Program-made: the position numbers and the translations under genes
Assembly (NCBI RefSeq): GCF_006345805.1
Contig: NC_043002.1
Span: 53,878,001 to 53,942,000 of the forward strand
Direction of reading: 5' to 3'
From: Octopus sinensis
Taxonomy: Eukaryota
DNA: 64,000 bases
The notes under the pieces: generated by a model
Seen by the model: the letters and a program-made list of their open reading frames with translations, nothing else
The model's database searches: none
What the model was told of the DNA's origin: nothing
Shown: positions 1 through 14,700 of the stretch, in pieces
Layout: every line of letters starts with the position of its first letter
Position numbering within the stretch: the first letter of the stretch is position 1

Positions 1-360
1 TTCTTTCATACTTTTATTTTGTTTTACTTTGGAGCTATCCTTTTTATTTTTGTTCTGTCTTTTTGTTGATAGTTAGCAAAATATTCTCAGTGATGTGATT
101 AAATGGAAAAGGTATTGTGATTGTATTTTAGGTGTTTCCTTTGACGTTGAAAAGAAAGAAGGGAAAAATTGCATTTATAAACTAGAACATATTTTTTATG
201 TTATTTTTTCTCTTTTGAGCATCGCCAGGAAGAAATTAACGATGATAAATATAATTTTGTATGGGAACATTCGAGCAGAAGAAAGCACATATATAAGGGA
301 GAAAATGAACAAAGACTGAGACAGAGAGAGAGAAAAAGAGAATGAAAGAAAGTAAGGAAC

Positions 361-362
361 AC

Positions 363-439
<77 letters not shown>
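361..439. repeat. (GATA)n microsatellite followed by AG-rich simple repeats
   Basis: Direct reading; explains the spurious LSIY-type ORFs at 196-713. Confidence 0.95.
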
Positions 440-440
<1 letters not shown>

Positions 441-2529
441 AGAGAGAGAGAGAGAAAGAAAGAGAGAGAGAAGAGGGACATAGACAGACAAACAGACAGA
501 CAGACAGAGACAGACAGGCAGAAACACACAGAGACAGACAGATAGAAACAAACAAACAAACAAAAAGAACCAAAAGAGTGAATGAAAGAAAAATAAATAG
601 GAAAGAAAACCGAAAAATAGAATGAATAAACCGAGGATACACGGAAATGTACAGTTATAATAAAAAAAAAAGGGGGAAAAGAAGGAATGAATGAATAAAT
701 GGTAAATTAACAATTATTAAAACTAAATTATTCTTTGAAATATTCTATTTCTGTGTATGTAAATCTATGGATTCTATATTTCGTTATAGATCGTTATTTG
801 AATTTAGGAGATGTATTTATTCTCAATATTTATTCTCAATGCGTGTATGGCCAGGATTTCAGCAGTTCATTTCCCGTAAAGCCGTGAACAGGAGATATAG
901 GAGACAACAACCTATTTATTCTATTAATTTTGAAGGTATACAAGGTATCTTCCACTACCTTGACGGAGCTCGAAACGGAGGACTTAAAGAGACTCAACTA
1001 AATATAGTCTTGACATTTCTCGTGGCTATAGACTTTGCAGAAGGATATCAAAGATTAAATCAAACGCACTACTTGACTGGGAATTCATTTTATCGATCTC
1101 AAGGAGTTCGAAGAAAGAGTCGATCTCAGGGGGATTCAAATTTACAATATAAAGCGATTTAACTAAATATTTGATTTTTTACTTAGAAGCAAAGTCAGAA
1201 ATTTGGTGTTTATTGAGAGGAACAGGCAATTCTGTATATCCACGTTATCGATAGTTAATCTATTTTATTAACCCCGGATGGGTGACATACTTGGCATCTA
1301 CTAGCTTTGAACTAAGAAAATAGCGAGAGTAACCAAAGATCACCAGGCATTTTGTATGATACTCTAGTGTTGTTCCAACCAACGCACTGATAGTTTTCAA
1401 TCAATCTATAACCCGCTTTCTACTTATTGATAGTTAACATACGCTTTGCTGATTTGTAGGACAGAAGTCATGTCTGCTTGCTTAATCGCAGAAATCGGTC
1501 AAAACGTTACAGACCTGTTTAAATCGATCCTACACATTTAACGCAACACATTTAACTGTGTCTGTGTAAATGAATGAGAATATTCTCGTACTATTAATAG
1601 CCATCTAGCATTTTTTTCCCCCTTAATTTATAGAAACATCCTGACAACAATCATTTAGAGAGTACATGACCCGAACAGAAAAATTGTAGAAGTGGTGTAT
1701 TGAATCGATCCCGGTATAATCATAAAATTAAGATTATCGATCCAGAAATGACGGAAAACAAAACAGTGCGTGTGTGTGTGAGTGTGTGAGTGTGTGAGTG
1801 TGGGAGAGTAAGTGTGCGCTCATGTGAGTGCTTGCTAGTGTGTACTTTCTGATTGTTAGTGAGAGCAATCTTTTTTAAATATATTATGAGAACTGGGTTA
1901 TAAAAGACGGAAGACAAATGAAGCGGAAGCTACTTCCGTTAGAAATGAAGGGAACAACATGGAGTCTAAGTATTTCCGTTCTAGGGCTGCTAATGTACAG
2001 AAGCACGAATACATCACGTATATTTATCCATATGCTAGTTTGTGTAATGTTTTGTTTTGTTTTTTATAGGCCCGTGTGTTAACTTACTTTTTGAATGAAA
2101 GCGTTTTTAAATGTTATCGAGTGTAATCTCAGTAGATGTAAAGGTCATGAGCTTGTGAAACTTTCCCTGCCATTGGGAGAAAAGGTATTTCACTTGAGTA
2201 GCGTGTATGTTCCCCTCATATGAGATATAAAAATTCTTTGGAACTGAAACGTTAGATATTTCTTTACTCACTGCATAAAATCTTGTTCAAATTCATGAAG
2301 ATAATTGTATAATGTTCTTCGATGAAGATTATCAGAAACTTCCTCGTATTGTTTGCTTGATATTTTTGTCACATTGTATGTACCTGTATCTGAGTGTGTG
2401 AGTCTCTGCTCATTTGTGTATTGTTATATTTACCTTTCATCTCCCATCTCTTTCAGTCGTTGGACAACAGCCATGATTGGACACTGTCTTAAAGGATTTA
2501 GTCGAACAAATGGACCCAAGTACATAATT

Positions 2530-2800
2530 TTAAGCCTGGTATTTATGCTATCGTCTCTGTTGCCGGGTTGCTAGGTTGTGGGTACGCAAATAAACCAACA
2601 CCGGTCGGGAAATGGTAGGATAACAAACACAAACGCAAAATTGCGACAGACTTCGATACAGTTTCCTTTTGTCAAATGAATTCACAAGGCGCTAGTGAGC
2701 CCTTAGTTGTTAAAGTAGATGATGCTTGCCCAAGATACCAAGCAGTGGGACTGAACCTAAGACCATGTGGTTTGCAAAACGAGCTTCTTTGCCTTTCAGC
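2530..2800 (-). mobile_element. Degenerate copy of SINE family S2
   Basis: Colinear similarity to 26048-26443 (e.g. aagaccatgtggtttgcaaaacgagcttctt vs ggaaccatgtggctggtaagcaagctactt). Confidence 0.6.
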
Positions 2801-2992
2801 CATCCTTATATGTATAAATTCTCATCGGTTTCACATTGTACAATGGTATAAATAATTAAACATAGCTTGAAATAATTGCTGTAGTGCATTTACAGGCACC
2901 CACATTCTCACAAGCGCACGCAAATACACATACACGTACACGCACGTAATATCATGGGAAGTGACGTTACCATGTGCGCTTCCTTTGATGCA

Positions 2993-3038
<46 letters not shown>
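2993..3038. repeat. (TAG)n microsatellite
   Basis: Direct reading. Confidence 0.95.
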
Positions 3039-3039
<1 letters not shown>

Positions 3040-3220
3040 TACATACCGTCTTCTTTTATGGCATAAAACGGGTTCCTTTGCACATTTTGCAATAAGTCCT
3101 ATATAAGGTGTTGATTTCCTGTATATTATATTCTTCTCAGAAATGATAACTGACAACATCAAAGTGTGTGTGGAGGGGTGTATTGTGTGTGTGTGTATTT
3201 TTACATATAATTGTTGTTGA

Positions 3221-3810
<590 letters not shown>

Positions 3811-4499
3811 CTCGTTTGTATGCACGCCTGGAAGTTATATGTAGTACAAGTGATGATGTAAAGTGCCTGTGCCTTAACGAACATGTATTTATGTTTATGT
3901 TTATGTGTGCCAGTAAAGAAGAAAGACGGAGAACAAAGTAAAATATATTAATATCATAGAAGATCAGTGAAGTTTCCAGGACATTAACTGCAAGAAGCGA
4001 CCCGCCCCTTGTTAAGTACAAGGAATCTTCAACATAAAAAAGTAGCAAAATATATAAGCAAACAACATTTAGGAAATGGTCCAGATAAGTGTTAAATGAG
4101 GAATATAACGTTCAGAGTGAATGCTAAAATAAGATAATGTTTCGTAATTGAAAAGACAAAAAAAGCAGTAGTTCTAAAATTAGGTTACATACATTTTATG
4201 TGGCAATTTAGAAGCCACCCAGATCTCTCTATTTAGAGATATATGGGCGTGTGGGTTGTGTAGGTAGGGCGTTTTGTTGTGCGTATACAATGTAGTAGTG
4301 CGATAGAAAGTGCAGCAAGTAACCACAGCTTATGCCCATTCCAGTGCGGTTAGAAGAAGGCCACCAAAACTCCGAATTTTCTAAAGTGCAGAATTTTAGC
4401 CAAGTTATAGTAATAAACGTTTTTACTATTGCCACAAGTCCTAGAATCATAGGGGAAGAAGCGAGGCGATTGCATCAACCCCAGTAAAAGGGAATGTTG

Positions 4500-4680
4500 C
4501 TTTCTCCAGACATGCTGGTTCATAATGGCCGGTTACCCGGTTTCCATGGCGATAAATTGCTCAAGAACACAACGCGTGTTTTGCTCAAGAACACAACGCG
4601 TCACCTGGTCCAGGAATCAAAACCATAATCTTACGATCATGAGTCCAACTACCGAACCACTAAGCCATATGCCTCCACCA
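4500..4680 (-). mobile_element. tRNA-derived SINE family S3 (head plus CORE-like segment)
   Basis: Minus strand reads ggaggcatatggcttagtggtt (A-box-like), ggttttgattcctgg (B-box-like), then gcgttgtgttcttgagcaaaacac. Similar to 33480-33762 and 56445-56540. Confidence 0.65.
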
Positions 4681-4685
4681 TCGGC

Positions 4686-4815
4686 CCAAGTGCTTCACTG
4701 GTACTTATTCTATCAACCCCAAAATGATAAAGTGCAAAGTCGACCTCGGTAAGATTTTAACGCAGAAGGTAGAGATGGATGAAAAGCTGCTGAGCATTTT
4801 GTCTGCATGTTAAAG
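4686..4815 (-). mobile_element. SINE family S1 fragment
   Basis: Reverse complement matches the S1 body (accgaggtcgactttgc...ataagtaccagt) seen at 58989-59323. Confidence 0.65.
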
Positions 4816-6685
4816 GTACTGAAAGCTCGCCGACTTACGTCATAGCAACAATAAACCCAGAAAACGTAAATGGTCTTTTAACATATGTATGTTTTATAAA
4901 ACATACATGTTTTTACGGTAAACCGTCTATCATTATTACGCGAGGCAATTAGCAAGCTGTTGTAATGCTCTTCAGCGTTTGCAGCGAAAAATACAAATCA
5001 ACGTAGGATGCTTGCCTAAATATATATGCCAGCTAAGCATGAAACTTCAAACATCATTAGTATGGAAGAACAGTAGTGGGTGACTGAATGTTAAGTCGTA
5101 GGACGGTGTTGACAGAAGTGAGACAGATAAAAGGTTGATACAGAGAGACATACAGGCAGGCACGCATGGAAACAGATACTGGAAACTGCTCATATGTACA
5201 CAATGAGAAAAGAAAAGGAAATAAATAACTTTGAGGTAGCAAAATCTCAGAGATAAGAACAATAACAACAATTATCTTTACAATAATAACAGTCATAATA
5301 GCAGCTACTTCGTGAATAGTCAGAAGCACATCTCATACAGAAGGTTTGTGTCTCTGGCAGATATTTTTTACCAGAAACAAAATTATTCTTCGAAGGCAGA
5401 AATGGTTTGAGATGTGAAATTCGTAAACGTTTTTGTGAATCCCAAGCATCAGCAGGTAACAAACCGCACTCCACAAACGTCGGAGCACACATACTCAAAC
5501 ATACGCATATAGGTATACTCTCATAAACAAACGTACCAAGTTACTAGTATGTATTCGTGTGCGCAACGTCGTTGCTCCAGGTATTGTTCATCCTTTATCA
5601 GTCAATGCTCAGGCCAGCTGGTTCACTAATTTGTCAATTACAATGCATTACAGTATGCGCCACGTTGTTTATGATAGCCGTGGTATCATCGACTATTCAC
5701 AGAATGTTGTTCATATAAGCACAGCTGGAGTATTTACAAAAGTAGATAGGATGAAGTAGAAGTGGTGCAGAGGTCTGAGCATAATTATGCTCATGCAGAG
5801 GATCGTACCAAACAATACTAAAATATTGTTACTTTGGTCACTGTGTACTTGCGTATCTCGTCATAGTTAAGACGTTGTAAATGGAGCAAATCTCTAGAAC
5901 ATTACGTTCACTGGTGTCTACATTTAGCTGATATGATCTTTAATCCGTCTTTAGTACGTAGCCCTGAAGAACGTATATTTCTGCATTAGCGCATAGCTAT
6001 TCCCATCACGAACTATTTCAATCTAGAGTTAGTCATTTTATAAGTTAAAATAAGGATATACTCTGCACATGAATTTGTGAATATACATATAGGGTTGTAG
6101 AAAGTGTTCCTATGCATATATACATGTGTTACTTCGCGGAGTTAACCGTAACACCTATGTAATATTTGCAACAACTGTGTGTCAGTACTCCATGTTTATG
6201 GCCTACCTTTTGTATATACGCAGTAAACGTCCAGGAAAATCGGCAGTTCTGAAGTTACATCTCAGTGTTGGGAATCTAAGGTCGATAGGTCTATTAGTCA
6301 TTCTAAATGTGATAACAGCATGGTTGGTGTAATTTATGACTGTTTTAATCCGTATCGACAGTATCCTCGATACATCCCACATTTTAGTAGTCATTTATGC
6401 TGCCGTGTGATCCAAACGAGCAAGCACAATGATATGCTTAATTGTGGTTGTAGCTTACTTCGGGCTGCCCGTTGAGTTACCCGTTTTGGTAGGTTGCGGC
6501 ATTATATGTAGCAACGTTATATCTGCTGGAGGCAGCTGTCAGCACAATCTTTGATAGGTGTGATAGTGCACGACAGCTTGATCGTGCTCCAGCTGAAAAT
6601 ATGTAAATATTTTACCAGTTTTACTGGAAACTAGGTTGATAGGTAGGACTGCAGGTAGGTAAATATGTATGTGTATATACAGCTC

Positions 6686-6922
<237 letters not shown>

Positions 6923-7201
6923 ATGTATGTGTATATGTAAGTATGTGTGTATATGCATATATATACACAATCCTTTAGACACACATGTGCGTGGGGAGGC
7001 ATCCGCGCGGGAATTGTTCCTATGGCAGTTAGTATATTCTACTAATGTTTAGTATTTAAGAAACACTTATCCTGAGTGAACTTTTCACGCTCGCATTATA
7101 AATCCATTGATTTATAAACCCCAAAATTCACTCCATAATTGCCCACGGGCATATGGCGTAGTGGTAAGAGCGCAGGCTATTAACCCCAACATTCTAAGTG
7201 A

Positions 7202-7205
<4 letters not shown>

Positions 7206-7270
<65 letters not shown>

Positions 7271-7282
7271 CAACAACAACAA
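7206..7282. repeat. (AAT)n-(AAC)n microsatellite, preceded by a truncated tRNA-like SINE head (~7146-7205)
   Basis: Direct reading; ggcatatggcgtagtggtaagagcg is A-box-like. Confidence 0.8.
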
Positions 7283-7811
7283 GAGCAACAAGATAGAAAA
7301 GAGACATGAAGGCTGGAGAGTATTAACAACAAAAAAGATGAGGACAAATATCCGTCAAATGTAAATAATATAAATAATGTATACAATTCCTCATCTCTCA
7401 AATATAGAACTGTAAGACATACGAATCTGCACATATACATACATACCTCCTGAATATATATTTCTATGAAAGTGAGAAGCCTACAAAAGAATTTGGCGAT
7501 GGAAGTGAATCAATGAAAAGCGTTGCCGCCAAAGCTCGATACCATTTCTAAAGCACAGCAAAGCAGCATTTCCCGTTTATCTAGACGTAAAAGATTTAGT
7601 GAAGATCTCGTGACTAGACAACTACACAGAGAATACAATCAAATTTATCGTAATGTATTTGAATAATTGAAGTATCAACTGCGCATCCCACATAAGAATT
7701 TTGTCACGCAAGCTTTTAAGAAATTCCGAGCATATACTCACAGACATACACACACACATATGAGCACACAACACATACGTCTACACACAAATATGCATAC
7801 AAATATACACT

Positions 7812-7848
<37 letters not shown>

Positions 7849-8118
7849 GTGTGTGCGTACGAGTAATTTGCTGCACGAGTTGAGACTCGTGCGAATTGTT
7901 GTCTTGAAGTATGCGCTGAAATCCGAAATACGAGCGAATTTCGTTCAAGCGACCGCTAGTCGGCACTGAGCTCAGGCACGCTCTCCCAGCAGGCGCGGTC
8001 TCTGTTCGTTCAATTTTCGTGTTTGTCTCATTGTGCCAGCATCCCTGTTGTGTTTTTCTCAGTGCTTTTGTTTAGTTTTGTGCATTTTTGCTACTATTTT
8101 ATAATAGTTGTGTTAGCC

Positions 8119-9460
8119 ATGTGTCTTAAGAAGGTTAGTGTAAAGGATAGTGCTGAGAAGAAGAAAAAGCTGATTGCTATAGATTTGAAGAAGGAAATCA
8201 TTGATAAACATGAGAGAGGAGTGCGTTTAAGGGACATAGCACGTCAATATGGCCGAAGCACGTCGACGATTTGCAGCATCCTGAATATAAAAGACGAGAT
8301 CAAGGCCGTTACAACGCATATCTATCCAGGGAAGGATGGAAAAATTGCTTCGGCTGTGGATCAACGAGAAGCAACTTGCAGGTGATACGATTACGGGGAC
8401 CATCGTCTGCGAGAAAGCAGGAGCGCTATATGGGGATGAGGATATCCTGAAGCAGAACCCTGGAACATCGACGGAGGAGATATTAGCAGATGCATTTAAA
8501 GCCTGTCGCGGCTGGTTTGATAATTTCAAGAAGAGGGCTGGTGTTTATAGTGTCATTAGTAATAGAGAAGCAGCCTGTTCTGAAACGAAGGCAACTGAAG
8601 ATTTCGTGTGTTAATTCCATCAACTCATCGCAGCCGAGGTGTGCATCGCACAAGTATTCAACTGTTATGAAACTGAGGTTTTTGGGAAAAAATACCCAGA
8701 AAAACCTACATAACTGCCTATGAAAGATAGGCTTACTCTCGCCCTTTCTGCCAATGAATGTGGAGACTTGAATATTAAGCCGTCCTTTGTTTATCGTTCT
8801 GAAAATCCACGAACGTTCGAGTCGTACAAAATTCTGAAGGAGAAGCTGCAAGTCATGTGGAGGGCAAACGTTAAAGCCTGGATCACTAGGCAATTATTCT
8901 CCCAGTGGGTAAAACTTGTCTTCGGATCACCAGTGAAAAGTACCTTCTGGAGAACAATCTTCTACTCAAGGTCATCCCCATCCTCGACAATGCTCCTGCT
9001 CAACCTTCTAACCTCGAAGACTTATAAATGTTCTGTACCTTTCACGCAACACCACTCCAATCTTGCATCCCATGGACCAACATGCGATTTCTAATTTTAA
9101 GAAATTGTACACCTAACACCTGTTTCGTCGGTTCTTTGAAGTCACCGAAAATATAAATCTAACCTTCGTGGATTTTGGGAGGAGCACTACAACATTGTCA
9201 ACTGCCTGAAAAGTCATCGATATGGCCTGGCAGGGTATAACGGGAAGAACGCTGAATTCTGCATGGAGGAAATTCGAGGGGTTTGAGTTTGAGACACTTG
9301 TAGTCGAGGAGATAGTATGTCTTGGCAAGTCCATGGCATCGAGGTTGATGATGGAAACATTAACAATCCCGTCGAGGAACACTCAGAGGAGTTCACAACA
9401 GAATGAGCGCCAGCAGCTTCAGGAGCAGCAGTATTCGGAATCGGTATATAGTGTATAAAA
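8119..9460 (+). mobile_element. Tigger/pogo-type DNA transposase (TIGD1-like), frameshifted fossil
   Basis: Successive frames give a CENP-B-type N-terminal HTH (IAIDLKKEIIDKHERGVRLRDIARQYGRSTSTICSIL), a second HTH (MEKLLRLWINEKQLAGDTIT...FKACRGWFDNFKKR) and DDE_1 pieces (KDRLTLALSANECGDLNIKP; ILDNAPA). Multiple frameshifts; TIRs not identified. Confidence 0.88.
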
Positions 9461-9789
9461 TCTATATGGTAAATAAAATGAGACAACAAATTGAGGCTGT
9501 GTCGAAGTTTCAAGACATTTATAAAGAGAATGTTAGTGTTACACCTGTTAGTCTTATGTTAGTTTCTAGGAATATCCCTTCATCAAAGGCGATGTGAAAT
9601 GGTTAACTAGAGGGAAATAATAAAGTTAAAAAAGGATGGAAGAAGTATAAAAGCACATAAGAGAATAAAAGTAAAAATTAAAATATATTGCAGTTCCATT
9701 ATCCAAGGAAAGTGGTGTGTAGAAGTGGTAGAAATGCTTCTTGTCCATGGTAAGTTCCGATAGGAGTTCATAGTTTGTCATTTCATATG

Positions 9790-9990
9790 TGTGTGTATCG
9801 TTGGCGATTTTTTTTCCTCCGTCTTCCCTTCCTTGGATCTTTCCTTTTCCTATGTTTCTGACGAAGAGCTCCGCTCGAAACGTTATATCCTCCTTTCTTT
9901 TCTTTACTGAGCGTCCAATTACACTATACTTGTTCCACGTCCTCGCGTTGTTGTGTTTTCTCTTTGTGTTTTCATGCTTCGATTAACTTT
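9790..9990 (+). mobile_element. PLE-type 3' tail with decayed hammerhead motif, ending in (AT)n
   Basis: ctgacga-a-gagc-tcc-gctc-gaaa-cg-tt at 9858-9884 with weak stem I; paralogous tail at ~51930-52110. Confidence 0.55.
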
Positions 9991-10038
<48 letters not shown>

Positions 10039-10180
10039 ATGGGCGAGTGCGTGTGTATGTGTGTGGGCTAGCAGGTCGGTGTGTATGAAGATTACGTGAG
10101 CGTGTAGGGAGAGAGGAAGAAATACTATTGATACATACACTTAAACATACGCTCATATAATGTCGTGGATATTTTTAAAC

Positions 10181-10269
<89 letters not shown>

Positions 10270-10411
10270 GTTTAAAAATATCCACGACATTATATGAGCG
10301 TATGTTTAAGTGTATGTATCAATAGTATTTCTTCCTCTCTCCCTACACGCTCACGTAATCTTCATACACACCGACCTGCTAGCCCACACACATACACACG
10401 CACTCGCCCAT
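10039..10411. repeat. Perfect inverted repeat, 166-bp arms around an (AT)n core
   Basis: 10039-10204 is the exact reverse complement of 10246-10411, including six ACAT units on each side. Confidence 0.95.
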
Positions 10412-11647
10412 ACACACATATACAGGCGCACACACTATCTTCTCTCTCATACACACATGCTTGCACGCACATACCATTGCTAGTTCATAGTAGTATCCCT
10501 TGCCGACCATGCTTCTGGCCAATTCCTTCCTTCTGATCTGTACAACGTATGATAATCGTTAATTCAGACACGTTCTTCTCTCTCCCCCTTTTCTTTGTTT
10601 TCATCCTGTCTCTCTACTCCTTCCTTTCGGTAGAAGAGCGTAAGCTCGGAACGCTGAAGACTTATTCCATTTTTCAAACGCGTAAATCTAATAAAGCCCT
10701 TGGGTCTTTCACCATATACATATGGTGGCTAGAACATTTGAAGAGGCGATTACGAAAGACATCATGACCAATATTCTAGTTTCAAAAACAGGATCCAAAC
10801 CGCTTTTTCGTTAGGTAGTACCTAGGTTGTATTGCCAAACATAAGATGTGTGATATTAGACACGCAGATACGAAAAGTGCTGTCGTAGGGCTAGGTGACA
10901 GAGACATGACTCAGTAATAAAGCATTTATTAGATTTTGACATAGTACTGTAGGTGCATGCTGTTGTGTCTCAGGTACATTTGTGTGATGTTTCAGCAACA
11001 CATCTACAATCACTTTCTGGGAAGGTATATCTCGTAAGCGGAGATTTTGACGCTTACCGAGACAGTTTTTTGTGATCCCTGATGAAGAAGGTGAATAAGA
11101 AGAATCTTTCAAGCGTCTTAGTAAAGGATCTTTATGTTCTGCGTTCAAATCGCGCAAAGGTCAAAATTGCTAATTAATAAAACTAATCCGTCAAGTATAG
11201 GTGTCTATATAATTGACTAAGCTTTCCATCGGCTTTACCGGTCTTGTATCTAAATTAGAAACAACTATTATTACCACCATTATGTGGAGAGTTGGATATT
11301 TTTATTTATTTATTTATTTATTGAGCTCTAAAACTTAAAACACAAAACACTATTTTCTTCGCAGACTGGAAAATTCTGTAATTTGCGAAATGGTATACAG
11401 AATAAGTGATAAAATCCGTGAAATAAATAGTAGATATGATATTGTTGATGCTGTAGAGGATCAAAGGAAGAATCAATACTCTTCGGAGAAGAAGGAGAAG
11501 TTTGGAAGATCAAATAAAAAAAAATCGAAGGAGTAAACTCTCAAAATTAGATGATTAAATGAAAGTATTGAGTAACGTATAATATTCGGCTACAAAAACT
11601 TGAGTACGATTCCACAAAGAATATATAGACAGAAGATAGGAGGAGAT

Positions 11648-11669
11648 AATAACAACAACAACAATAATA

Positions 11670-11728
<59 letters not shown>
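11648..11728. repeat. (AAC)n/(AAT)n microsatellite
   Basis: Direct reading. Confidence 0.9.
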
Positions 11729-12158
11729 TGTGATGTTGATGATGACAATAACGATGATGATAACGAAAGTGAAAGTGGCGCTATATCGCAACGGTCTTTT
11801 GTTCAAAAATAAACTTAAAAGCGCAATAATTTCGTTTGAAAGCTCTTTGTAAGACTTGTTTTATTTTTGTAACCCAGTATCCAAGATATTTTATTGAAAG
11901 TATAACAAAATCGATTCTTACATCACCCATAATCGATATGGTTGCTTGAAAGTTTTTCACTTGGCTTAAACTCTCAATCACTGTACTATTCACAATATCT
12001 ATGCACAAATATATATTTTGCTGATTGTATTGAGTTTTTAAATAGAACATTTGCTACTATAAAAGATCGTCCACTTTCGAAAACGGTATCAATAATAGTT
12101 TACAAAACAAGGGATATAGTAACATGCAACAATTCACTAGTTACATTAAAAGGCGTTA

Positions 12159-12224
<66 letters not shown>

Positions 12225-14199
12225 GTATAAGAGATAATAAAAATATTTAACCATGTAACTCATAATTATGCGTATATTTGGCCGCATGTGAATACAGACA
12301 GACACAGATAGAAATCTCCTACTTCATTCCGATTGTACACAGTGATATACAGGAATTTATTCATAATTTATAAATATTACAAAGATAACAAGATATTATA
12401 GAAGTCTCGATTCTGATATAATACGATTCGTATTTGATGCGTAATTACATTGCCGGAAACAAATTTCATATAATTCAATTGCCCGATATATCAAAGGTAT
12501 AATGATTGTGCGTAAGGAAATGAGAAGATAGGCCTACATATTGATGGTGAGTACAACAGCTTTCAGACATCGTTTAGTTTGTTTAGACCTCTTAATCCTT
12601 GTGGAAATATGAAGGTATATATAGTACGGATCGATACGTATGTTTAGATTTTATAACTAAAATCGTTGTTATAGAATTAAAGGGAAAGAACAAAGAACAG
12701 TAAAACCTGTCTTTCTTTCAGTGTTTTTGTTTCATGTTGTAATCCTGATATATATATGGGGCAAATAGATAGGTAGGTAGATATATAGATAGATAGGGAG
12801 AGAGAGAAAAGAGAGAGAGAGATTCAGAAATACAGACGGAGAGAAGGAATGGAGAAAGTAGGAGAGAAATAGGGACAGAATTAGGGTAAGTATGGAGATT
12901 AAGATGAGAATGGCAATGAAGACGACATCAGCTTGTTGCTGAGAGATAGCGTTCACTGTTTCATGAGAAATTTATGAACGATGAAGGTCATGTTCGACTT
13001 TACGCAACCGTATTATAGTTGCCTATGCGTTATAACTAACAGGCGCACTGATACAGCATATATTAAATTAAATTTCTAATTTTCATTTGTAAAGTAAGCC
13101 GTTACTTCAAAAGTAGTAATTCAGAAACAAAGCGCACTGAAACGTTGATAGAGAACTTCCTTGACTGGCCGAGCACTTGACAGCATACAGTTTCTGTAGG
13201 TTATCATTTACGACTAGTAGTACGCTGATTCCACTGTTGACTGCAATCATTCAACTCCTGGACAGCGCCCATTCTTATCTAGCAGCTCTGCTGCGCAGTT
13301 TTATCATAAACAAGTAATTCATATAATCCAACGACCTTGATTCATACATATTGCCCAAAGCTGCAACGATATCATTTCTAGACTACAAAATACTGAATCG
13401 TATGACCAGAAGATTGCTCAAGGCAGTATAGATGTTCATGAGCTCGGTGGCAGTAAGTAATAAGTGCAAAATTCTTTGCGAGTAACATGGCCAGAATTTT
13501 TTATGGGTACATTGAACAGAGTTATGATCTTAAAATAGCTTTATTCGTATTCTCCTAGACAGCACCACACGCACCCGGATCATAAAATTGAGCACTCTCT
13601 CATCTTCTTTCAGGTGTTAAAATAAAATTGGTTATTTATTTTATTGTTTATTCATTTGCTTATTTATCTAGTCATTTATTTTGTCATTGCTCCAATCTGC
13701 CATCGTGACTTACAGTGCAGAGTCGAGATACGTATCGAAGCCCACGTTCCTAGTCTGGCGATTTTCTATAACAGGCGGGCAATATGCTGCCGAAAGATCT
13801 TATACATCTGTTTATAATCGAATATCACAACGTTTCCGTGGTCCGACGATCAACATTTGAGAATCCTATTAACATTCTTTACGAGTCAGATTCTCAAGAA
13901 ACAATAAAGTCTACATCCTCGCCTACCTTTTTAGAGCATGACTTATAGATTTATTTATTGCCTACATCGGAACACCAGTTTATAGATCGGCGTATTACTC
14001 TCTTTCTCTGTTTTTAACATAAGTGCTACGTTCGCTAGTTCTACGAACGGTATCAGAAATGGCCTCTTTAAACCATTCAGTAGAGATCTAGCACCACACC
14101 CTAATGTAACATGTTCCTTGACGGTAGATATAATTTGGATATCCCTTTATTCTGTCCTCTTCCAAAGGCTTAAATCTTACCAGTCATAACATATCCACC

Positions 14200-14313
14200 G
14201 CTGCCGCCGCCATCGCTGTTGGTTCTTTTGCCGCTGCTGCTTTTGCTGCCGCTGCTGTTGCTGCTGCTGCTGTTTTTGCCCGCTGCTGCTGCTGTTGCTG
14301 TTGTTGTTGTTGT

Positions 14314-14356
<43 letters not shown>

Positions 14357-14540
14357 ACTGCAGCTCTATCCTTTACGTTGCTACTGGAATGCGATGTCTT
14401 TCTAGTAGCCATTTTTGTTTGTTTACGTTGCGCTTTCATAACTTTATTGCTGGTCGTATGGGAGGACGCTCCTCTCATTATTATTATTATTGTTGTTGTT
14501 GTTGTCATCGTCGTCTTAGTTGTTGTTATTGTTGCTACTA
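14200..14540. repeat. Mosaic trinucleotide repeat (GCT/GTT/GAT/ATT)
   Basis: Direct reading; generates low-complexity ORFs on both strands. Confidence 0.9.
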
Positions 14541-14560
14541 TTATTCTTCCGAAAGGATGA

Positions 14561-14700
14561 AAGGGGCCGAGGTTGACTTTGCCTTTCATCCTTTCGGGCG
14601 CGATAAATTAAGTACCAGTCCAGCACTGAGGGGAGGTCGATGAAACCGTCTTACCTGCTTCCCCCAAATTCCAGGCCTTGTGCCTATAGTAGTCATTCAC
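14561..14700 (+). mobile_element. SINE family S1, 3' part
   Basis: ccgaggttgactttgcctttcatcctttcggg...ttaagtaccagt matches 59215-59323. Confidence 0.7.

Noticed and set aside
196-713. ORFs rich in LSIY, YI, HT, RE or poly-N/Y/I here and throughout the window
   Set aside because: They are translations of microsatellites, not genes.
767-1162. 131-aa ORF in non-repetitive sequence
   Set aside because: No recognisable motif; one ORF of this size is plausible by chance across six frames of 64 kb.
5341-5455. Possible exon encoding ...EGRNGLRCEIRKRFCES, faintly EGF-like
   Set aside because: Cysteine spacing is incomplete and there are no supporting neighbouring exons.
6208-6592. Minus-strand segment with good acceptor and AAG/GTAGGC donor
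   Set aside because: All three frames stop over the full length; the shorter 6481-6592 option encodes nothing recognisable. A non-coding exon cannot be excluded.
10891-11157. 88-aa ORF and a CTGATGA motif at ~11079
   Set aside because: No protein family match; no GAAA or stem I pairing for a hammerhead.
14170-14589. Ser/Thr/Gly-rich 139-aa ORF
   Set aside because: Trinucleotide mosaic whose start codon lies inside a SINE.
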